Positions 9,064-16,594 of a DNA stretch of 64,000 nt are shown here, piece by piece. Within the stretch, counting starts at the first letter, position 1. Each line of letters opens with the position of its first letter. This DNA comes from an uncultured Candidatus Rokubacteria bacterium (lineage in GTDB: Bacteria > Methylomirabilota > Methylomirabilia > Rokubacteriales > CSP1-6). Position numbers and translations under genes: made by a program. The DNA lies in contig CAVYTA010000006.1 of the NCBI GenBank assembly GCA_963771355.1, forward strand, positions 768,001 through 832,000, in the 5' to 3' direction. The notes under the pieces are model-generated. The model had not been told where the DNA came from, made no database searches, and worked only from the letters and a program-made list of their open reading frames with translations.

Positions 9064-9471
9064 ATGAAGCCCTTCGTGACCGCTGTGGCGCTGGTGGTCG
9101 TGCTTGGGTGGGGCGGTGTGATCCTTGCCCAGGAAAAACCCGCCGAGCCGGCCCAGACGCCCGCGACTCCGACCGCGCCCGCCCAGACCTCGCCGCAGAA
9201 CCCGGCGGAGGAAGGCCTCGCCATCATCGCCCCGCCGCCGGCCGTGAGGGAGTCGACTCGCGTGCGGGAATCGGAGTTTTACCCGGGCGAGGACATCAGG
9301 GTCCGCCACGAGCCGGCCTTCATCCAGGGATTGAGCAAGGCTCCCGCCAAAGGGCCGATCAAGCGCTATGGCCTGTCCGGCTGGACCTCCCCGCCCGGGC
9401 GCGGCGACGGCCAGATGGCGCACGAAAACAACGGCTGGTTCTCGTTCGGCTTCAGCATCGTCTGGGAGTAA
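9064..9471 (+). CDS. Secreted hypothetical protein
   Basis: Signal peptide, Pro/Ala/Thr-rich linker, amphipathic aromatic C-terminus GWFSFGFSIVWE. Confidence 0.75.
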   Translation: MKPFVTAVALVVVLGWGGVILAQEKPAEPAQTPATPTAPAQTSPQNPAEEGLAIIAPPPAVRESTRVRESEFYPGEDIRVRHEPAFIQGLSKAPAKGPIKRYGLSGWTSPPGRGDGQMAHENNGWFSFGFSIVWE

Positions 9472-9483
9472 TCCCGCCCGACG

Positions 9484-10089
9484 GTGCCCAGCCTCCGGGG
9501 TAATCTCCACGCCCATACCACCTTCTCCGACGGGCGGCACTCCGTCGAGGAGGTCGTCGCACGCTACCGTGATCTCGGATACGACTTCCTCGCCATCACC
9601 GACCACGACGATCGGGTGAGCGAGGACTACTGGTTCCGGCTCCCCGCCGGCGACGATCAGCTCATCGTCTTCTCGGGCATCGAGCTCGACTACCGACCGC
9701 TCGGTCAGCACGTGGGACGAATCACCGGCGACCGGGAGACGCTCTTCGTGCTCAACCACCCGGCGCGCTACGGGCTGGACGTGGACGAGATCGTCGACCG
9801 TATCCGGCTGATCCGGGCGGCGGGCTGGCCCATCGAGGCCATGGAGGTGACCAATACCGGCGTGTATCAGCCGCAGCACGACGTCGGCGCCATCGCGGTG
9901 CCCAAGGTGGCGACGGACGACTCGCACCGGGACTCGGAGTGCGGCCGGGCCTGGATCGAGGTGGACGCGGCCCGGAACCCCGATGCCATCCTGCGTGCCA
10001 TCAAGGCGGGCGAGTTCCGCCTCGGCTTCGCGGCCGAGCCACCGACGGCCGAGGGGCGGGGCTACGATCTCCTCGGGCTCTCGGGCTGA
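9484..10089 (+). CDS. PHP-domain metal-dependent phosphoesterase
   Basis: NLHAHTTFSDG, AITDHD, NHP, TDDSH motifs. Confidence 0.88.
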   Translation: MPSLRGNLHAHTTFSDGRHSVEEVVARYRDLGYDFLAITDHDDRVSEDYWFRLPAGDDQLIVFSGIELDYRPLGQHVGRITGDRETLFVLNHPARYGLDVDEIVDRIRLIRAAGWPIEAMEVTNTGVYQPQHDVGAIAVPKVATDDSHRDSECGRAWIEVDAARNPDAILRAIKAGEFRLGFAAEPPTAEGRGYDLLGLSG

Positions 10090-10122
10090 GCGCGGGCCCT
10101 CTGTGATACCCTACGCGCCGTC

Positions 10123-10950
10123 ATGACCCTCATTCGCATCGGCCACAGCCCCGATCCCGACGACGCGTTCATGTTCTACGCGCTCACCGCCGGCAAGGTG
10201 CGGGCTCCGGGCATCGAGGTCGAGCACGTGCTGGAGGACATCGAGTCTCTCAACCGACGTTCACGCACCGGCGAGCTCGAGGTGACCGCGGTGTCGGCGG
10301 CTACCTACGTCATGATCCACGACCGGTATCGGATGATGGACCCGGGCGCCTCGATGGGAAAGGGCTATGGCCCCATCCTCGTCGCGAAGGAGCCCATGGA
10401 TCCCCGGACCATCGTGGACAAGGTGGTGGCGATCCCGGGCAGCCATACCACCGCCGCCCTACTCCTCCGCATCTTCGTCGGCGATCCTCCCGTCATCGAG
10501 GTGGCCTTCGACAAGATCCCGCAGGTGGTCCTCGAGGGACAGGCCGATCTGGGTCTGCTCATCCATGAGGGGCAGATCACGCATCAGCAGATGGGGCTAC
10601 ACAAGGTGCTCGATCTTGGCGAGGTGTGGGAAAAAGAGTCGGGCCTGCCGCTGCCGCTGGGGATCAACGTGATGCGGCGGGATCTCGGCGAGGACCTGCA
10701 TCGCCGGCTCTCCCAGGCCTTGCGCGACTCCATCGACTACGCGTACGCCCACGTGGACGAGGCGCTCGAGTACGCGATGCGTTACGGCCGGGGGATCGAC
10801 AAGGAGACCTGCCGCCGCTTCGTGCTCATGTACGTCAACGACTACACGAAGCGCCTGGGGCCCGACGGCGAGGCCGCCCTCCGCCGCCTCTACCAGCTCG
10901 CGCTGGACAAGAACCTCATTCCCGCGCTGCCGCCCGTCGACCCGATCTGA
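10123..10950 (+). CDS. mqnD: 1,4-dihydroxy-6-naphthoate synthase (MqnD family)
   Basis: IGHSPDPDDAFMFYAL, LLIHEGQ, LPLPLG, MYVN; next to mqnC and mqnE. Confidence 0.88.
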   Translation: MTLIRIGHSPDPDDAFMFYALTAGKVRAPGIEVEHVLEDIESLNRRSRTGELEVTAVSAATYVMIHDRYRMMDPGASMGKGYGPILVAKEPMDPRTIVDKVVAIPGSHTTAALLLRIFVGDPPVIEVAFDKIPQVVLEGQADLGLLIHEGQITHQQMGLHKVLDLGEVWEKESGLPLPLGINVMRRDLGEDLHRRLSQALRDSIDYAYAHVDEALEYAMRYGRGIDKETCRRFVLMYVNDYTKRLGPDGEAALRRLYQLALDKNLIPALPPVDPI

Positions 10951-11008
10951 CGGTTAGTCGACGGTTCGTCCGCGGTGGGATCTGATGGTTCGTCCGCCGT
11001 GGGGGGAG

Positions 11009-11035
11009 AGCGGGGGCCATTTCGAGGCCCCCGCT
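11009..11035. terminator. GC-rich hairpin between convergent mqnD and mqnC
   Basis: AGCGGGGGCC-atttcga-GGCCCCCGCT, 10-bp perfect stem, no clear U-tract. Confidence 0.45.
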
Positions 11036-11068
11036 GATGGTAAATCGGCAGTTCCCCGATGCGGGTCC

Positions 11069-12154
11069 CTAGTACTCGCGGAGAATCTGGTACTCAGTTG
11101 TCCTCTGCGCGGGAGTGAAGCCGGCGTCGCGGATCAGGGTGATGATCTCGTCCACGGTCGTCTTGTTCACGAAGTCCGCGGCGGCGTGCACGTTCTCCTC
11201 GAAGAGCGTTCCCCCGAAGTCGTCGGCGCCCCAGTGTAGGGCCACCTGACCGGCCCGCTTCCCCTCCGAGAACCATGAAGCCTGGATGTGGGCGAAGTTG
11301 TCGAGATACAGGCGCGAGGCAGCCAGCATGCGGAGATAGGTGCTGGGGCCCTTGTAGGTCTTGATCCACTTCTCGAGCAGCGTATTGCCGGGCTTGAAGG
11401 ACCACGGCACGAAGGCGGTGAAGCCGCCGTGCTCGTCCTGCAGCTCGCGGATCGCGTCCCAGTGGTCCACGATGTCGTCCGGCTCCTCGACATGGCCGTA
11501 CATCATGGTGGCGGTGGACCGGAAGCCCTGGCGATGCGCCTCCCGGTGCACGTCCAGCCAGGCGCGGGGCCCGCCCTTCTTGGGCTCGATGCGCTTGCGC
11601 ACGCGCTCCGAGAGCACCTCCGCGCCGCCGCCGGGCAGGGTGTCCTGCCCCGCCTCCCGGAGCCGCGCCAGCACATCGGAAACCGTGAGCTTGCTGACCT
11701 CCGCCATGGTCTGGATCTCGGAGGCGGTGAAGAAGTGCGGAGTCACCGCGGGGAAGCGCCGCCGGGACTCGCGGACGATGGTGAGGTAGTAGTCCAACGG
11801 CAGCTCGGGGTTGTGCCCACCCTGGAGCAGCACCGTGGTGGCGCCCTTGGACGCGGCGAACTCGATCTTCTCCAGCACCTGCTCGACGGTCAGCGTCCAT
11901 GCTTCCGGATGACCCGGCTTCCGGTAGAAGGCGCAGAACTGGCAGTCGGTGATACAGACATTGGTGTAGTTGGGATTGCTGTCGATGACGAAGGTGACCT
12001 GCCGCGCCGGGATCGCGCGGAAGCGCGCCTCCTGGGCGAGGGCGCCCACCTCCAGGAGCGGGGCTTCCGTGAGCAGCCAGCGCCCGTCGGCGCGGTCGAG
12101 ACGCTTGCCCGTCTCCACCTTGGCGCGGATCTCGTCGAGCCGGCTCAGCTCCAA
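11069..12154 (-). CDS. mqnC: Cyclic dehypoxanthinyl futalosine synthase (radical SAM)
   Basis: NYTNVCITDCQFCAFYR, LLQGGHNP, LPGGGAEVL, STATMMYGHVE, GADDFGGTLFEENV; start is TTG 12154 or CTG 12148. Confidence 0.88.
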   Translation of the reverse strand: MELSRLDEIRAKVETGKRLDRADGRWLLTEAPLLEVGALAQEARFRAIPARQVTFVIDSNPNYTNVCITDCQFCAFYRKPGHPEAWTLTVEQVLEKIEFAASKGATTVLLQGGHNPELPLDYYLTIVRESRRRFPAVTPHFFTASEIQTMAEVSKLTVSDVLARLREAGQDTLPGGGAEVLSERVRKRIEPKKGGPRAWLDVHREAHRQGFRSTATMMYGHVEEPDDIVDHWDAIRELQDEHGGFTAFVPWSFKPGNTLLEKWIKTYKGPSTYLRMLAASRLYLDNFAHIQASWFSEGKRAGQVALHWGADDFGGTLFEENVHAAADFVNKTTVDEIITLIRDAGFTPAQRTTEYQILREY

Positions 12155-13248
12155 ACCTTCACCACGTTGTAGAGGGCGTCGCGCTCCACCGCGATCTTGC
12201 CCGCGTCTCGGATCATCCGGAGGATCTGCTCGCGGGCGAGTCCCGCGGGACTCTCCGCCAGGGCCATGTGCGCGATCTTCTCGTCCTCGAGCGTGCCGTT
12301 GACGTCCGAGGCCCCGAAGTGCAGAGCCAGGGACGCGGTCTCCTCGCCGATCATCACCCAGTAGGCTTCCACGTGCGGGAAGTTGTCGAGGAGCAGCCGC
12401 GAGGCGGCGATGGTCCGGAGATCGTCGGTGGGCGGCGTCTGCCGCGGCACCAGCTTGGTGGTGCCCACCTGGTAGGAGAGCGGGATGAAGGTGAGGAAGC
12501 CGCCCGACCGGTCCTGCTGCTCGCGCAGACGCAGGAGATGGTCCACACGCTCCTCGAGCGTCTCCACGTGCCCGTAGAGCATGGTGGCATTGGTGTGGAT
12601 GCCCAGCCCATGCGCGATGCCGTGTATCTCGAGCCAGCGGTCGGCGTCGGCCTTGCCGGTGTAGTGGAGGAGCTTGGCCAGGCGCTTCGAGAAGATCTCC
12701 GCGCCCCCGCCCGGCATGGAGTGCAGTCCCGCCGCCTTGAGCCGGGTGAGGGACTCGCGCGGGTCGATCTTCCAGCGCCGCCACCAGTAGTCCACCTCCG
12801 CGGCGGTGAAGGCCTTGATCTGGGTCTCCGGCCGGGCGGCGTGGATGGCGGCGATCATCCGCTCGAAGTACTCGAAAGGCCAGTCCGGATGGTGGCCGCC
12901 CACGATGTGCGCCTCGCGGGTGCCGGGCTTGATCATGTCGAGCACATCCTCGATGGAGTTCTCGAAGGCGCCCGCCTCCCCCGGCTTGCGCGCGAAGTCG
13001 CAGAAGCTGCAGGAGAGCACGCAGACATTGGTCGGATTGACGTAGCGGTTCAGGACGAAGAAGACCTGGTCCCCGTGCCGGGCCCGCTTCACGTGGTCGG
13101 CCATGCGCCCGAGCCCGTGGAGGTCGTCGGTGTCGAAGAGGAGAAGGCCATCCTCACGGCTGAGCCGTTCCCCGTCGCGCACCTTGTCCCACAGGACCTC
13201 CAGGCGCGGGTCGCGGAACCGGGCGCGCGTGCTCGTCACTGCTGGCAT
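12145..13248 (-). CDS. mqnE: Aminofutalosine synthase (radical SAM)
   Basis: NPTNVCVLSCSFCDF, HIVGGHHP, KAFTAAE, NATMLYGHVET, LDNFPHVEAYW, EKIAHMA; strong GGAGGAGG SD. Confidence 0.88.
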   Translation of the reverse strand: MPAVTSTRARFRDPRLEVLWDKVRDGERLSREDGLLLFDTDDLHGLGRMADHVKRARHGDQVFFVLNRYVNPTNVCVLSCSFCDFARKPGEAGAFENSIEDVLDMIKPGTREAHIVGGHHPDWPFEYFERMIAAIHAARPETQIKAFTAAEVDYWWRRWKIDPRESLTRLKAAGLHSMPGGGAEIFSKRLAKLLHYTGKADADRWLEIHGIAHGLGIHTNATMLYGHVETLEERVDHLLRLREQQDRSGGFLTFIPLSYQVGTTKLVPRQTPPTDDLRTIAASRLLLDNFPHVEAYWVMIGEETASLALHFGASDVNGTLEDEKIAHMALAESPAGLAREQILRMIRDAGKIAVERDALYNVVKVWS

Positions 13249-13272
13249 GTGCTTCCTCCTCCGCTGATTCTA

Positions 13273-13335
13273 CTACTTGATGGCGCCGACGGTGAACCCG
13301 GCGATGAAGCGGTCGAGGAAGAAGTTGCAGTACAC
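13273..13335 (-). pseudogene. C-terminal remnant of a carbohydrate ABC transporter permease
   Basis: Reads VYCNFFLDRFIAGFTVGAIK-stop, the characteristic MalG-type tail; no upstream permease sequence. Confidence 0.65.
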
Positions 13336-13430
13336 GTCCCCGCGGAAGCGCCCCGATTCTCTGGAGTTCTCGTGCTAGGCTCGGTTCGCGATGCTGAATC
13401 CTCCGGGGCGGTTCCCCTTGTTTCTTGCCG

Positions 13431-13828
13431 TGGCCGTGGTTCGAGGTACTGGCACCGGCGCGCGCGGAGGAAGTCCGGGCCGACGTGGAGGTCCTCGAGC
13501 AATCCTTCGAGCCGACCCACAGCCCGACCACGCGCGTCATCCTCAGGACGGGACTTCTCGCCAGCACTGGGCTCCTGTACGACGCGCGGAAGCAGGTGGT
13601 CGAGGCGCTCGTCCGCTCGTCGCCACCCCCGACGACCCGGCGCTGTACGCGCTCCTGGGCGCGCTGTACGAGCGCGCGGGTCTCCGCCAGCAGGCCACCA
13701 GCGCGTACCAGGGGGCCCGGCTCCTCATGGACGCGGGCCGGCCCTCCCCGCCGGCTCCGCGCTCAGGGCGCGGGTCTCCCGCAGCCCGGCCCGTCTTTTT
13801 CTCGTCCCGGGAGGGCGTGCTATTCTAG
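13431..13828 (+). pseudogene. 5'-truncated, frameshifted remnant of a TPR-like protein
   Basis: WFEVLAPARAEEVRAD...YDARKQVVEALV continues in another frame as ATPDDPALYALLGALYERAGL; 8-bp tandem duplication at 13606-13621. Confidence 0.55.
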
Positions 13829-13834
13829 GCCGGC

Positions 13835-14287
13835 GTGAGCGCTCAGGTTCCGTTGTCTTTCGAGGACATCAAGGTCGGCGAGGAGTTTGTCTCGCCCGGC
13901 CGCACCGTCACCGAGATGGACGTCGTGCTCTTCGCGGGCTTGTCCGGGGACTACAACGTCCTGCACACGGACGCCGAGCACATGAAGTCCTCCCAGTTCG
14001 GTGAGCGCATCGCCCACGGCCTTCTCGTGCTGTCGATCCAGCAGGGCCTGGTCTCGCGGATCGCGCCGGAGCTGGTCGAGCGGCCCATGACGGAGCTTGC
14101 CTGGAAGTTCCGCGGTCCCATCAAGATCGGGGACACGGTGCACGTGGTCGCGCGAGTCTCGGACAAGCACCCGGCGGACCGGCCGGGCTGGGGCATCGTG
14201 ACCATCGTACGGCGCGTACTGAATCAACGTGGCGAGGTGGTCCAGGAAGGCGAGTCCGAGCACTTGGTCGAGCGCCGCCTTGGCTAG
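13835..14287 (+). CDS. MaoC-family (hot-dog fold) dehydratase/hydratase
   Basis: FEDIKVGEEF, RTVTE, FAGLSGDYNVLHTD, FGERIAHG, PIKIGDT. Confidence 0.92.
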   Translation: MSAQVPLSFEDIKVGEEFVSPGRTVTEMDVVLFAGLSGDYNVLHTDAEHMKSSQFGERIAHGLLVLSIQQGLVSRIAPELVERPMTELAWKFRGPIKIGDTVHVVARVSDKHPADRPGWGIVTIVRRVLNQRGEVVQEGESEHLVERRLG

Positions 14288-14723
14288 CGCCGCCGCCAGC
14301 CCGTCGCCGCGCACGGAGCGCATCTCCTACTTCGAGGATGTCGAGTTGGGGGAGCCGCTGGAGACTCCGGCCCTCACCGTTACCGCGGCCCATGTCGCCC
14401 TGTTCGAGGGTCTCACCGGCGGCGCGCCGGCGACCGACCCCGACATGGTCCCCGATCTCCTCGCGCTCTGCCTATCGTCGGGCTTGGGCTGGCGCGTGCC
14501 GCGGCCGCCGCTGGTCGTCCTCGCCTTCATGGGCTTCGAGTGGAAGTTTCACCTCCCCATCCGGGTCGGCGACACCATCCGCAGCCGCTCGCACACCGCG
14601 GCCAAGCGATCCATGAAGGAAGGCGGTGTCGTCTTCGAGGAGCGTGAGATCGTGAACCATCGCGACGAGGTCGTCCAGTCGGGCCGGCTCACGCTCCTGG
14701 TGGCCAAGCGGAAGCCGGCATGA
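14280..14723 (+). CDS. MaoC-like hot-dog fold protein lacking the catalytic D-x4-H motif
   Basis: YFEDVELG, WKFHLPIRVGDTI, NHRDEVVQSG; probable TTG start overlapping the upstream gene. Confidence 0.8.
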   Translation: MASAAASPSPRTERISYFEDVELGEPLETPALTVTAAHVALFEGLTGGAPATDPDMVPDLLALCLSSGLGWRVPRPPLVVLAFMGFEWKFHLPIRVGDTIRSRSHTAAKRSMKEGGVVFEEREIVNHRDEVVQSGRLTLLVAKRKPA

Positions 14724-15868
14724 GCGGCCGGCCGCGCCACGTCCTCATCCTCACCGCCTCCTATGGCTCGGGCCACAACCGCGTGGCGGAGACGATGTCC
14801 ACGGAGTTCGAGCGCGCGGGCGCCACCACCAGGGTGGTGGACCACTTCCGCGATCTGGTGCATCCGGCCTTCGACGACGCGAGCCGGAAGATGTACTACA
14901 CCATGCTGCGCCGCGCCCCCTATCTGTGGGGCGCCGCCTACTGGCTGGGCGACCAGCTCAGCGTGTCCTCGCCGCTGCTGATGGGGCTCAACCGGCTGGG
15001 CACGCGCAAGCTCGGTCGCCTCATGCGAGCGGAGCGGCCCGACCACGTAGTCTCCGTCCACCCGACCCCGGTGGCGGCGCTCTCCGAGCTCCGGGTTCGC
15101 GGCATGCAGATCCCGCCTCACACCACCGTGTTCACGGACTTCGTCGCCCACACCCAGTGGATCTATCCCAGCGTGGACCGCTACTGTGTGCCCGCCGAGG
15201 AGATCGCACACGATCTGACCGCGCGCGGCGTGCCCCGCGCACGAGTCACCGTCACCGGTATCCCGGTGGCGTCCGAGTTCACCCAGCCCACCGACCGGGC
15301 GGCCGCTCGGCTGGCCCTGGGACTGTCGCCGCGGCTACCCGTGCTCCTCTTCATGGATGGCTCGGCGGGCGGCTTCGGGCGGCTGGAAGACGCCACCCGC
15401 AAGATCCTCCAGATGGAGGAGCCGCTCCAGGCCCTCGTGGTGACCGGACGCGAGGAGCGCCTGGAGGCACGACTGCGCAGTCTGGTGGCGGGACACGAGT
15501 CACGCGTGAAGGTGTTCGGCTTCGTGGACAATGTCCGTCAGCTCATGGGCGCGGCCGACTTCCTCGTCACCAAGGCCGGCGGCCTCACGCTGGGCGAAGC
15601 CCTCGCCGCCGACCTGCCCGTCATCTCCTTCGGCTCCCTGCCGGGCCAAGAGGCGCGCAATGAGCGTTTCGCGGCCATGGCGGGCGTGGCCCTGGTGGCC
15701 GGCTCGGAAGCGCAGCTCCATCGGGTCATCGTGGCCGCGCTACGGGATCCCCTCTTGCTCCGAGACATCCGCGACCGGGTCCGGCTCTATCGCCGCCCGC
15801 AGGCGGCCCGCACCATCGTCGATCTGGTGCTCTCGACGGCCGCTCTCGCCCAGGAGCGCGCCTCCTGA
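14720..15868 (+). CDS. Diacylglycerol glycosyltransferase (MGDG synthase/UgtP family, GT28)
   Basis: LTASYGSGHNRVA, SVHP, FTDFVAHTQW, VTGIPV, TKAGGLT, PGQEARN. Confidence 0.9.
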   Translation: MSGRPRHVLILTASYGSGHNRVAETMSTEFERAGATTRVVDHFRDLVHPAFDDASRKMYYTMLRRAPYLWGAAYWLGDQLSVSSPLLMGLNRLGTRKLGRLMRAERPDHVVSVHPTPVAALSELRVRGMQIPPHTTVFTDFVAHTQWIYPSVDRYCVPAEEIAHDLTARGVPRARVTVTGIPVASEFTQPTDRAAARLALGLSPRLPVLLFMDGSAGGFGRLEDATRKILQMEEPLQALVVTGREERLEARLRSLVAGHESRVKVFGFVDNVRQLMGAADFLVTKAGGLTLGEALAADLPVISFGSLPGQEARNERFAAMAGVALVAGSEAQLHRVIVAALRDPLLLRDIRDRVRLYRRPQAARTIVDLVLSTAALAQERAS

Positions 15869-16545
15869 TCTCAGCATCCTGGCTCGCCGGGCCGCCGCTG
15901 GCCTGGGCGGCCTATGCGTGGGGGTCGCATCTCCTCACCCTCGGCAGCGTGTGGCGCGGACCTCGCGCCGGCGCGTCGGTCGCGCTCACCTTCGACGACG
16001 GGCCCGACCCCGACACGACCCCCCGCGTGCTGGACATCCTCGCCGCGCATGGCGTGCGGGGCGCCTTCTTCCTCATCGGGCGGCGGGCGGCCGCCGTACC
16101 GGCCGTGGCCCGCCGCATCGCCGCCGAGGGCCATGATCTGGGCAACCACACGTGGAGCCATCGGAGCCTCTGGCTGTCCGGCCCCGGTGAGACCGGGCGA
16201 CAGGTGATCCAGGGCCACGACGCGATCGCCCAGGCCACGGGAACGGCCCCGCGCTTCTTCCGCCCGCCCTGGGGCCTGACCAACCTGGCGCTGTTCCCCA
16301 CGCTGCGCCGGCTCGGGACTCCCTGCGTGTTCTGGACGGTGCAGCCGGAGGGCGGACGCGCCGCGGAGGCGAGCGTCCAGATCTCCCGCGCCCGGCGGCG
16401 CGCCGGACCCGGCGCTATCCTGGATCTGCACGACGCGGACGGCGTGCCCGGGGCGGGGGAGCGCCTCTGTGGGGCGCTGCCGGGCATCATCGCGGGCCTG
16501 CGCGGCGCCGGGCTCGGCTTGGTGCCGCTTCGCGACCTGCTGTAA
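15865..16545 (+). CDS. Polysaccharide deacetylase (CE4/NodB) with N-terminal hydrophobic segment
   Basis: VALTFDDGP, GNHTWSH, FRPPWG, ILDLHD; frame open back to a CTG overlapping the upstream TGA, with AGGAG SD. Confidence 0.88.
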   Translation: MISASWLAGPPLAWAAYAWGSHLLTLGSVWRGPRAGASVALTFDDGPDPDTTPRVLDILAAHGVRGAFFLIGRRAAAVPAVARRIAAEGHDLGNHTWSHRSLWLSGPGETGRQVIQGHDAIAQATGTAPRFFRPPWGLTNLALFPTLRRLGTPCVFWTVQPEGGRAAEASVQISRARRRAGPGAILDLHDADGVPGAGERLCGALPGIIAGLRGAGLGLVPLRDLL

Positions 16546-16594
16546 GATTCTCCCAGCTCAAGTGACCCCTCCCGACTGACAAAGGAGTCGCACG

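Noticed and set aside
10944..11035. CRISPR array
   Set aside because: Only two degenerate 20-nt copies 4 nt apart, no spacers and no cas genes
11069..13248. F420 biosynthesis cofH/cofG
   Set aside because: Motifs and adjacency to mqnD fit MqnC and MqnE of the futalosine pathway better
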